Shown here in pieces: positions 1 through 7,590 of a stretch of DNA of 64,000 bases (the stretch's first letter is position 1; every line of letters begins with the position of its first letter). The position numbers were made by a program, and so were the translations under genes. The DNA comes from Cryomorphaceae bacterium (GTDB lineage: Bacteria; Bacteroidota; Bacteroidia; Flavobacteriales; UBA7312), in NCBI GenBank assembly GCA_042091225.1, contig JBELHW010000005.1, positions 3,712-67,711 of the forward strand, in the 5' to 3' direction. The notes beneath the pieces were generated by a model that had not been told where the DNA came from, ran no database searches, and saw nothing but the letters and a program-made list of their open reading frames with translations.

Positions 1-303
1 AAGCCAATTATCGTTTATTTCCGAAATACTTATTTCTGTCTTTTCCTCTATTGAGGATAAAAAGATTCTTATATCGCTTTTTTCTTGCTGTGAATCTATA
101 TAGTAAACTTCTTTGTTTAGCGATTTCAAATAGGTTTCATAATACTTCATACTAGATCTATGAAACGCTAATTTTTGTTTGTGGAATTTAAAATGTTTGA
201 AAAAAAGAAATTCTTCTATTATATAATATGGGTTGTCATTATTTAATAAAATACATTCTTCAAATAATTGATGAGGAAATATAATATTTAATTTTTTTGT
301 CAT
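1..303 (-). CDS. cryptochrome/photolyase-related protein, N-terminal fragment (continues past left edge)
   Basis: Absent from the ORF track because it is edge-truncated. Hand translation of the minus strand from ATG (303-301) gives MTKKLNIIFPHQLFEECILLNNDNPYYIIEEFLFFKHFKFHKQKLAFHRSSMKYYETYLKSLNKEVYYID... The HKQKL-x6-SM+YY stretch resembles the N-terminus of bacterial 'deoxyribodipyrimidine photolyase-related' proteins (from memory). Confidence 0.45.
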   Translation of the reverse strand, partial: MTKKLNIIFPHQLFEECILLNNDNPYYIIEEFLFFKHFKFHKQKLAFHRSSMKYYETYLKSLNKEVYYIDSQQEKSDIRIFLSSIEEKTEISISEINDNWL

Positions 304-397
304 TTTTAGTTAAAATTATCGTTGAAAATTAAAAAAATGATGTTTTTATGCCTTTTTTTTAAGTTTTAATAGTTGCAAATGTGTGAAAAAAGCGCCC

Positions 398-435
398 TTT
401 TTTTCAATTTTTTCAATTTTTTTAGATTTTTTTTT
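398..435. repeat. four phased T-tracts (T7-caa-T6-caa-T7-aga-T9), about 10 bp period
   Basis: Read directly: T runs start at 398, 408, 417 and 427. They lie in the 325-bp divergent intergenic region between the photolyase-like gene and proteorhodopsin. Helically phased A/T tracts are the classic signature of intrinsically bent DNA. Confidence 0.6.
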
Positions 436-590
436 AAATAAATAAAAAAAATAATTGAAATTAAAATTTACTAGATAAAGGAACTAATTTTTTTGTATTT
501 ATTCTTTTTTAAAAGAAATGTTTTATAGCGTAAAATTAAAATAATTAATCCATTGTATAATAAATAAATTAAAAAGTTATACAAAATTTA

Positions 591-598
591 TATATTTG
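591..598 (+). promoter_or_regulatory. candidate Bacteroidota -7 promoter box (TATATTTG = TAnnTTTG) for proteorhodopsin
   Basis: Matches the TAnnTTTG consensus 31 nt upstream of ATG 629. I could not find a convincing -33 TTTG at the expected spacing. Confidence 0.3.
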
Positions 599-628
599 AC
601 CCACTTAACTAATTAAAACTATTGAATT

Positions 629-1345
629 ATGCTATTAGACATTCAAGTAATGAGGCCAGACGATTATGTAGGCTTCACATTTTTTATCGGTTACATGGCA
701 ATGTTTGCCGCATCTGTATTTTTCTTTTTCGAAAGAGGCAGTGTAAACGATAAGTGGAAACTATCCCTTTTAGTTTCAGCTTTAATCACAGGTATTGCAG
801 CAGTACACTACTTCTACATGCGTGATTATTATCTAGCTACTGGAGATAATCCTACTTTTTTCAGATATGTAGACTGGACTTTAACAGTTCCTCTAATGTG
901 TGTAGAATTTTACCTACTTACTAGAGCTGCCGGTGCTACTAAAAGTTTACTATGGAAATTAATCATTGCTTCAGTATGGATGCTTGTTGCAGGTTACATT
1001 GGTGAAGCATTTACGGATGGTTCAACAGCTCACTCTGTTAAATGGGGTGTAATTTCTACAATAGGTTACATTTACATTCTTTACACTGCATGGTTTGGTG
1101 AAGTTGCACAACTTGCCGAAAACAGTGGTTCTGCTACAATCAAGAAAGGTGTTAGAACTTTAGCTTGGTTTGTATTAGTAGGTTGGGCAATTTACCCAAT
1201 TGGATACATGTGTATGCCAGGTGGTTGGTTGAGCACAATGATGAGCCCTTCTGATGTTGACCTATGGTACAACCTTGCAGATGCAGTGAACAAAATAGGT
1301 TTCGGTTTAGTGGTGTATAACATCGCAATAACTGAATCAAAATAA
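629..1345 (+). CDS. proteorhodopsin, light-driven proton pump (DTE motif, green-tuned Met)
   Basis: 238 aa with 7 hydrophobic helices. Helix C RYVDWTLTVPLMCVEF gives D82/T86/E93 (DTE). Met90 sits at the spectral-tuning position (PR L/Q105 equivalent). Helix G NLADAVNKIGFG carries the Schiff-base Lys222 (nt 1292-1294). There is no N-terminal signal peptide. An alternative ATG lies at 650. Confidence 0.93.
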   Translation: MLLDIQVMRPDDYVGFTFFIGYMAMFAASVFFFFERGSVNDKWKLSLLVSALITGIAAVHYFYMRDYYLATGDNPTFFRYVDWTLTVPLMCVEFYLLTRAAGATKSLLWKLIIASVWMLVAGYIGEAFTDGSTAHSVKWGVISTIGYIYILYTAWFGEVAQLAENSGSATIKKGVRTLAWFVLVGWAIYPIGYMCMPGGWLSTMMSPSDVDLWYNLADAVNKIGFGLVVYNIAITESK

Positions 1346-1369
1346 TTTATTTCATTTGTTTTTATGAAA

Positions 1370-1407
1370 GTGGAACAGACCCTAATGGTTTGTTCCACTT
1401 TTTTTTT
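1370..1407 (+). terminator. rho-independent terminator after proteorhodopsin
   Basis: gtggaacagacc (1370-1381) pairs with ggtttgttccac (1387-1398): 12 bp with one G-U pair and a 5-nt loop. A T9 run follows (1399-1407). It ends 11 nt before the blh ATG. Confidence 0.75.
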
Positions 1408-1418
1408 AGAATTTTTCT

Positions 1419-2315
1419 ATGAATATTTTCACATTCTTATTTGTTGTAAGCACCTATCTATTGTTTTTAATATTTAGTTCTTATTCGGAAATATCATTAG
1501 AGACTCAAATCTTATCTGCTTCTTTTTTTATTTTATTAATAGGAATACCACATGGAGCAATTGACCACATCTTATTTTTTAAGAAAAGGAGTTTATCTCA
1601 ACTCAAATTTTATTCTATCTACCTTGGTTTAATATTATTATTTCTAGTTCTTTGGATTTACTTACCATTTTGGAGCCTTTTATTTTTTCTTTTAATATCT
1701 GCCTTTCATTTTGGGGAATCACAATTCTCTGATATTGACACTGATAAGTTTTTAAAGTACTCTTTATTTTCTTTTTGGGGCATTGCTTTACTTAGCACTT
1801 TAATGTATTATAATCTTGATGAGCTTATAGAAATAACGACTTACTTTCAGGATACTAACGATTTACAAATTATTTATAATGAATCGCTTATAATACGACT
1901 CTTTCAGATAACAAATATTTCATCCCTATTAATACTATCTATTTTAGCAATTAAGAAACGCTTAAATTTAGATCGATTTTTTTCCGAGCTATTTTTAATT
2001 TTAATTCTTCATATAACATTTTATTTATTCCCATTTTTAATTGCTTTTACCATGTACTTTGTTATTCTTCACTCTATTAGAGTAATGCATCAAGAGTATA
2101 TGTTTCTGAAAAAAAAGAATGACATTTTTAATTTTTTAGGCTTTATTAAAATATTAGCTCCCTATTCTTTATTAAGCATTTTTTTTACTGCTGTAATAAT
2201 TATACTATCTTATTTATCTATAATTCCTTACTCCATTCCTTTAGTATCAATAATTATCATTTCAGTTATAACTTTGCCCCATGCAATAGTTATGCATATC
2301 TTTTATAACGAATAG
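1419..2315 (+). CDS. blh: Brp/Blh family beta-carotene 15,15'-dioxygenase (retinal synthesis)
   Basis: 298 aa polytopic membrane protein. Conserved His motifs are GIPHGAIDH, SAFHFGESQ, ILHSIRVMH and LPHAIVMH. It lies immediately downstream of the rhodopsin gene. Confidence 0.85.
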   Translation: MNIFTFLFVVSTYLLFLIFSSYSEISLETQILSASFFILLIGIPHGAIDHILFFKKRSLSQLKFYSIYLGLILLFLVLWIYLPFWSLLFFLLISAFHFGESQFSDIDTDKFLKYSLFSFWGIALLSTLMYYNLDELIEITTYFQDTNDLQIIYNESLIIRLFQITNISSLLILSILAIKKRLNLDRFFSELFLILILHITFYLFPFLIAFTMYFVILHSIRVMHQEYMFLKKKNDIFNFLGFIKILAPYSLLSIFFTAVIIILSYLSIIPYSIPLVSIIIISVITLPHAIVMHIFYNE

Positions 2316-2413
2316 GCAGTTTTTTTCTAAACTAACAACTTTTGAGTACATTTTTTTCGATTAGTCATTTTTATCGGCTTTTCTTATATTTGATATACCT
2401 TAACATTTTAGAT

Positions 2414-5400
2414 ATGAGATTTATATTTCTACTTATAACAAGTTTATTTTTCTACTTAACTTCTGCTTATTCCGCAAATATTGTTGCCGAATGCGACACT
2501 TTACAGTCAGAAATAATTTTTCAGTCGAATGATTTTTCGATTACTATTAATATTGAACCTAATACTTCTGTAGATCAGTATAAGTTTAGATACAAGCAAC
2601 TAGGAGCAAGTAGTTGGGAAAGCGTAGTAGCAATAGGTGCTATTGATTCTCAGCCCCAGGCAACGAATTCGAAAATAATAACTGGACTTTCAAGCTGCAC
2701 AGAATATCAATTTCAACAAAGAATTATTACCACAGACGGTTGTGAATCTAGTTGGATTGGTTCCGAAACCGCATTTACATCCGTTACAACATTAATTAAT
2801 ATAAATAGTTGTGACTCTGTTCAGATTACTGAAAATGGTAGTTATTTTTATCAGTCTGGTTTTTTTACGGATACTTTAACTTCCTCTAACGGATGTGATA
2901 GCATTTTACTGGCAAATATTACTTTAAATAATTCTTATCAATCTGATACAATCTTCCAATTTTCTTGTGATGTTTTTGAGTGGAACGAAGTTTTTTACGA
3001 TGAGTCAGGAATATATAATCAAGTTTTTACAAGTCAAAATGGTTGCGATTCTATTGAAACATTAAATCTTACAGTTAATTATTCAGACATTTACACAGAC
3101 ACACAAGTCCACTGCGATTCTTTTCAATGGGAAAATGGGGTTTTTTATACGGAGTCGGATAATTTCGCTCTAAATTTTTTACAAAACTCACAAGGATGTG
3201 ATAGTATTATAGAGCTTGATTTAACAATATATAATAGTTCTAGCTCTATTTTAAATCAAACCGTTTGTAATGACGACTCTTTCGCTTGGAACGATAGTGT
3301 TTATACTCAAAGCGGTGAATATGCTTATAACTATACAGATATAAATGGGTGTGATAGTTCTATAACCTTAAACTTAGCTATTTTAGAATTTCCAGAATTA
3401 GTATTATCAGCTAATAATTATTCGATAACTATTGAGATAGAGCCAGATACTTTTGTAGATCAGTATAAATTTAGGTACCGTCAACTAGGATCATTTTCGT
3501 GGATAACTGTTGGCGCTATTGGAACACTTAATGGGAGTGGTCAGTTAGATAGCATAAAAACTTTTAATAACGGAATTTCTGAATGCACATCTTATGAGGT
3601 TCAATCTAGAGTATATTCCAATGATGGATGTGATTCTGGTTGGAACCCTGAATTGCAAATTATTTCTACAAGTTCTATTTTTGTTGAATCACAAACAATT
3701 TGTGACTCTATTCAATTTTCTTCAGATTATCCTTTTTATACCTCTTCTGGGATATATGAAGAAACGTTTACCTCTTCTAGTGGCTGCGATAGCATTGTAG
3801 TTTATAACCTTACTGTTTTCCAGACTTCTTATGGAGATACTCTAGACATAACAGCATGTGATAGTTATAACTGGCAAGGCCAAGAATACACCTCTTCAGG
3901 TTTTTATGAAGATACCCTCTTAAATGTAAATTTATGTGATAGTATTGTTTTCTTACAATTAGAAATTTTTAACTCTTCTAATTTTATTGATGTTCAAGAG
4001 CATTGCGATACTTTCGAGTGGCAAGATGGTAATATTTACAACCAATCTAATAATTCGGCTCAATTTATAGTACCTAACTCGTTTGGCTGTGATAGTACTA
4101 TTACTTTAGATCTCTCCATCAAAAATAGTTCATCATCTTTAGAGTCAGTTTTAATTTGCGAACAATCTTATTTTTGGAACGATAGCTTATACACTGAAAA
4201 TGGTGTCTATCAATTTTACACAACAAATTCTGTTGGCTGCGACAGTATTGCTTCTTTAAACTTACTATTGTCTTCAGATTCTTTTGTAACAGAATCTATT
4301 GAGGCCTGCGATAGTTTTTCTTGGAACGGAAATGAATACACAACAAGCGGAGTTTATGATTATACTTCTTTAAATGCAGCCGGGTGTGATAGCTTATCTT
4401 TTCTAGATTTAACTTTAGGCTATAGTCAGGAGATTAATCAAACGGTTACTTCTTGTGATTTTTATACCGTGACTTATCCTCTAGTAGACGGCCAACTTAT
4501 CGAATTCAATGTTACAGAATCAACTTTAATATCGTACACTATTTTAAATAGTCAAATGTGTGATAGCACAATAAACTTAGAGGTGATTATTTCCGATTCT
4601 GTTTTTCAATCTGTAACTCAAATAGACCAGCAGTGTGGTAGTTATGAATGGAATAATAATTTATACACCGAATCAGGAACCTATTATTTTGATACGTCTA
4701 CAGCAAACGGTTGTGATAGTATTGCAGTTCTAGAATTAACAATTATTGCTAATAATAATACGGAAGATGTTCAAACACATTGCCAATCTTACACCTGGAT
4801 AAATAATGTTAGTTACACAGAAAGTACAAATAGCCCTTTTTTAACATATGAAGCTTCCACCGGTTGTGATAGTATTGTAACATTAAACTTGACTATTTTA
4901 GAACCTAGTTCGTCTAATGTCGATATAGAAGTTTGTGATTCGTATACGTGGAACGGAAATACCTATTCCAATTCAGGTCAATATAGCTTCGAAACATCAG
5001 GCTCACAAGGTTGTGATAGCATTGCATTTTTAAACTTATCCGTTTCTCAACTTTCAGATCTAATTATAAATGGTTCTTCACAAACAGAGGTAGGATCTAC
5101 ATCAAACTATTCTGTTTCTAATTCTTCAGGATCTTCTTATCAGTGGCAGTTAAACTCTCTGGGAAGTATTAGCTCTGGACAAGGCTCAAATTCCATAAGT
5201 ATATTATGGGATCAGGATGGAGCGGCTTCAGTTTGCGTAGTAGAAACCGATCAAAATGGATGCGAAGGACAACAATTTTGTTTTGATGTAACAATTTTTG
5301 AGTCAGTTAATATAGACGAAAGACACGATTTTTTAAATGCAGAGGTTTATCCTAACCCCTTCAAAAACGAGCTATATATCGATTTTTCAACTCAAGCAAA

Positions 5401-5563
5401 CAGAAATATTTCTTTAATAGATCTTCAAGGTAGAGTAGTTTATTCTTCACAAACTAGTTCTGAGAAAGTAGTTATAAAACGCGAAATGCTTAAATCAGGC
5501 TCTTATGTTTTAAAAATTATTTGTGAAAAAGGTAGTGTAAATAAATCGGTAATATTAAATTAA
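2414..5563 (+). CDS. large secreted Cys-repeat surface protein with T9SS C-terminal sorting domain
   Basis: The ORF track starts at TTG 2342. I prefer ATG 2414 (MRFIFLLITSLFFYLTSAYS signal peptide). It has two about 90-aa beta-sandwich-like modules (FSITINIEPNTSVDQYKFRYKQLG... and YSITIEIEPDTFVDQYKFRYRQLG...) and 13 copies of a 49-52 aa repeat. A PKD/SprB-like segment follows. The CTD reads EVYPNPFKNELYIDF...GSYVLKII. Confidence 0.85.
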   Translation: MRFIFLLITSLFFYLTSAYSANIVAECDTLQSEIIFQSNDFSITINIEPNTSVDQYKFRYKQLGASSWESVVAIGAIDSQPQATNSKIITGLSSCTEYQFQQRIITTDGCESSWIGSETAFTSVTTLININSCDSVQITENGSYFYQSGFFTDTLTSSNGCDSILLANITLNNSYQSDTIFQFSCDVFEWNEVFYDESGIYNQVFTSQNGCDSIETLNLTVNYSDIYTDTQVHCDSFQWENGVFYTESDNFALNFLQNSQGCDSIIELDLTIYNSSSSILNQTVCNDDSFAWNDSVYTQSGEYAYNYTDINGCDSSITLNLAILEFPELVLSANNYSITIEIEPDTFVDQYKFRYRQLGSFSWITVGAIGTLNGSGQLDSIKTFNNGISECTSYEVQSRVYSNDGCDSGWNPELQIISTSSIFVESQTICDSIQFSSDYPFYTSSGIYEETFTSSSGCDSIVVYNLTVFQTSYGDTLDITACDSYNWQGQEYTSSGFYEDTLLNVNLCDSIVFLQLEIFNSSNFIDVQEHCDTFEWQDGNIYNQSNNSAQFIVPNSFGCDSTITLDLSIKNSSSSLESVLICEQSYFWNDSLYTENGVYQFYTTNSVGCDSIASLNLLLSSDSFVTESIEACDSFSWNGNEYTTSGVYDYTSLNAAGCDSLSFLDLTLGYSQEINQTVTSCDFYTVTYPLVDGQLIEFNVTESTLISYTILNSQMCDSTINLEVIISDSVFQSVTQIDQQCGSYEWNNNLYTESGTYYFDTSTANGCDSIAVLELTIIANNNTEDVQTHCQSYTWINNVSYTESTNSPFLTYEASTGCDSIVTLNLTILEPSSSNVDIEVCDSYTWNGNTYSNSGQYSFETSGSQGCDSIAFLNLSVSQLSDLIINGSSQTEVGSTSNYSVSNSSGSSYQWQLNSLGSISSGQGSNSISILWDQDGAASVCVVETDQNGCEGQQFCFDVTIFESVNIDERHDFLNAEVYPNPFKNELYIDFSTQANRNISLIDLQGRVVYSSQTSSEKVVIKREMLKSGSYVLKIICEKGSVNKSVILN
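2810..3382 (+). repeat. intragenic tandem repeat block 1: 4 copies of about 50-aa unit C-D-S-F-x-W-N-G-x-x-Y-T-x-S-G-x-Y-x8-10-G-C-D-S-I-x-x-L-x-L-T-I
   Basis: The first Cys of each unit falls at aa 157, 209, 258 and 309 of the 2342-frame protein. The DNA motif ggntgtgatagyatt recurs. Confidence 0.85.
3701..5041 (+). repeat. intragenic tandem repeat block 2: 9 copies of the same about 50-aa unit (one degenerate, 60 aa)
   Basis: The first Cys of each unit falls at aa 454, 506, 555, 606, 656, 705, 765, 814 and 865. The spacing pattern 52/49/51 of block 1 recurs at the start of block 2. Confidence 0.85.
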
Positions 5564-5599
5564 TTATTGTTTATTTAGTTAAATGAATAAAGAGCTAAA

Positions 5600-6568
5600 A
5601 TGAAAAAAGCATTAATAACAGGCATAAACGGTCAGGATGGCTCTTTTTTATCTGAGCTTTTACTTGAAAAAGGATATCAAGTTTGCGGAACATTAAAGAG
5701 AAATTCTGTTGCAGAGAACCAATCTGACAGATTAAATTCTGTTTACGGAAAAGTAAAACTTGTTTATGCCGACATGACAGACATGTCTTCCTTACTATCT
5801 GTTTTAAAGGATTTTCAGCCAAACGAGATATATAATTTGGCTGCTCAATCTCATGTCCGAATTAGCTTTGACCAGCCTATATATACTTCTCAGGTAGTTG
5901 CTATAGGTACCCTCAATTTATTACAAGCAATTAGGCTTGTATGTCCTGAGGCTAAGCTTTATCAGGCAAGTTCTTCGGAGATGTTTGGCAATAGTATTGA
6001 CTCAGATGGTTTTCAAAGAGAATCGACTCCCTTTTCCCCTGTTTCCCCTTATGGATGTGCTAAAGTATTTGCGCATAATATTTGTAAAAATTATAGAGAA
6101 TCTTACGGATTATATATCAGCAATGGTATTTTATTTAACCATGAATCAACCAGAAGAGGGTCTAATTTCGTAACGGGAAAGGTTGTTAAAGAAGCGGTTC
6201 GAATAAAGCTAGGATTAACTAATGAGTTACGCTTAGGAAACTTAGAGGCAACAAGAGATTGGGGCCATGCAAAAGATTATGTTAAAGCCATGTGGTTGAT
6301 GCTACAACAAGACGCTCCTGTAGATTTAGTTTGCGCTACTGGAATTTCAAATTCTGTTAGATATTTGTGCGAGTATACTTTTTCTAAATTAGATTTAGAT
6401 TACAAAAACTTTGTTTCGTTAGATCAAAGGTACCTTAGACCAGAAGAGTTAAATGATCTTAAAGGCGATGCATCAAAATTAAGATTATTAGGATGGAAGC
6501 CTACTTACACTTTTGAATCAATGATTGATGAAATGATAGAGTTTTGGATTGCTAAACTGAAAAAATAA
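5600..6568 (+). CDS. gmd: GDP-mannose 4,6-dehydratase
   Basis: N-terminus MKKALITGINGQDGSFLSELLLEKGY (Rossmann GxxGxxG). Also NLAAQSHV, SSSEMFG, PYGCAKVF (YxxxK) and LFNHESTRRG, all typical of Gmd. Confidence 0.9.
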   Translation: MKKALITGINGQDGSFLSELLLEKGYQVCGTLKRNSVAENQSDRLNSVYGKVKLVYADMTDMSSLLSVLKDFQPNEIYNLAAQSHVRISFDQPIYTSQVVAIGTLNLLQAIRLVCPEAKLYQASSSEMFGNSIDSDGFQRESTPFSPVSPYGCAKVFAHNICKNYRESYGLYISNGILFNHESTRRGSNFVTGKVVKEAVRIKLGLTNELRLGNLEATRDWGHAKDYVKAMWLMLQQDAPVDLVCATGISNSVRYLCEYTFSKLDLDYKNFVSLDQRYLRPEELNDLKGDASKLRLLGWKPTYTFESMIDEMIEFWIAKLKK

Positions 6569-7590
6569 TGGAAATCATAGCAAGTCTAATTATTTCTTTT
6601 TTTATAACATTTTTAACTCTTCCGCTCATATTAATATTATCAAAAAGGTACTCAGAACTATTAAAGATTCCTAACAAGTTAGATTCTCACTCAACAGCAA
6701 CTCCGACCTATGGTGGTTTGTCCATTTTTTTTGGAATTCTTTTATCCTTATTTATACTTTTAAGAGTTGAAGATATCTATGGCCTTAAGTGGATAGTTGG
6801 TTCTTTACTAATCATTTTTGCTTTAGGTATTATTGATGACTCGATAACTCTCCGTCCTTCCAAGAAGTTTTTAGGGCAGTTAATCGCTATAAGTATTCTT
6901 GTTTTTTTCAATGATCTTAGGATCACTAATATGCAAGGGTTATTTACTATATATGAGTTGCCTTATTCTTTTAGTGTTCTGCTTACTATTTTAACAATGT
7001 TAGTTATCACAAATGCATATAATTTAATTGACGGAATTGATGGCTTGGCATCTTTAGTAGGGATTTTAGTTTCCGCTGTTTTTTTAATTTTCTTTTTTAT
7101 TAATGGAGACTATAACAATATAATTATTTTATTTGCTTTAATAGGCTCTCTAATTGCCTTTTTAAGATACAATTGGCCCCCGGCAAAAATTTTCATGGGA
7201 GATACAGGCTCGTTATTTATCGGTTTTATATTTTCTATAATAGCAATTCAATTTGTAGAAACAGAATTTAAGATAGAGTATTCTTGGTTTAAAATTAAAA
7301 CAGCAACATTGTCAATGGCAATTTTAGTGGTGCCTTTGCTCGATTTATTGAGAGTGTTTTTAGTTAGAATTTTCCATAAGAAGTCACCTTTTTCAGGAGA
7401 TAGAAATCACCTTCATCATTTATTAATAGATTTAGGTTTAACCCCTATTCGTACTTCATTTACTCTTTTGCTTTTTAATATTATAGTAATTCTAACGGCT
7501 TTGTTCTTTAGCTTTTTAGACATTAATTATGTACTTCTTTTGATTTGTGGCATTTGCTTATTATTTTTATTAATTATTAGTAAAAAATAA
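6568..7590 (+). CDS. glycosyltransferase family 4 polyprenyl-phosphate sugar-1-phosphate transferase (WecA/MraY-like)
   Basis: About 10-TM protein with the motifs IIDD, NAYNLIDGIDGLA and IFMGDTGSLFIGF. Its ATG overlaps the gmd stop (taATG). Confidence 0.85.
   Translation: MEIIASLIISFFITFLTLPLILILSKRYSELLKIPNKLDSHSTATPTYGGLSIFFGILLSLFILLRVEDIYGLKWIVGSLLIIFALGIIDDSITLRPSKKFLGQLIAISILVFFNDLRITNMQGLFTIYELPYSFSVLLTILTMLVITNAYNLIDGIDGLASLVGILVSAVFLIFFFINGDYNNIIILFALIGSLIAFLRYNWPPAKIFMGDTGSLFIGFIFSIIAIQFVETEFKIEYSWFKIKTATLSMAILVVPLLDLLRVFLVRIFHKKSPFSGDRNHLHHLLIDLGLTPIRTSFTLLLFNIIVILTALFFSFLDINYVLLLICGICLLFLLIISKK

Noticed and set aside
385-405. gaaaaaagcgccctttttttc resembling a terminator hairpin
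   Set aside because: The arms would pair only through A:T runs around a tiny GC core. No gene ends nearby on either strand, since both flanking genes start here. I treat it as part of the AT-rich promoter region.
2342-2413. TTG-initiated N-terminal extension of the adhesin ORF (MSTFFSISHFYRLF...)
   Set aside because: ATG at 2414 is followed by a canonical signal peptide. The extension would bury it.
2810-5041. Periodic DNA motif ggntgtgatagyatt (about 150-nt period) that could be mistaken for a CRISPR-like or satellite array
   Set aside because: It lies within one long ORF. The conservation is at protein level (GCDSI), and the 'spacers' are homologous to each other. It is a protein tandem repeat.
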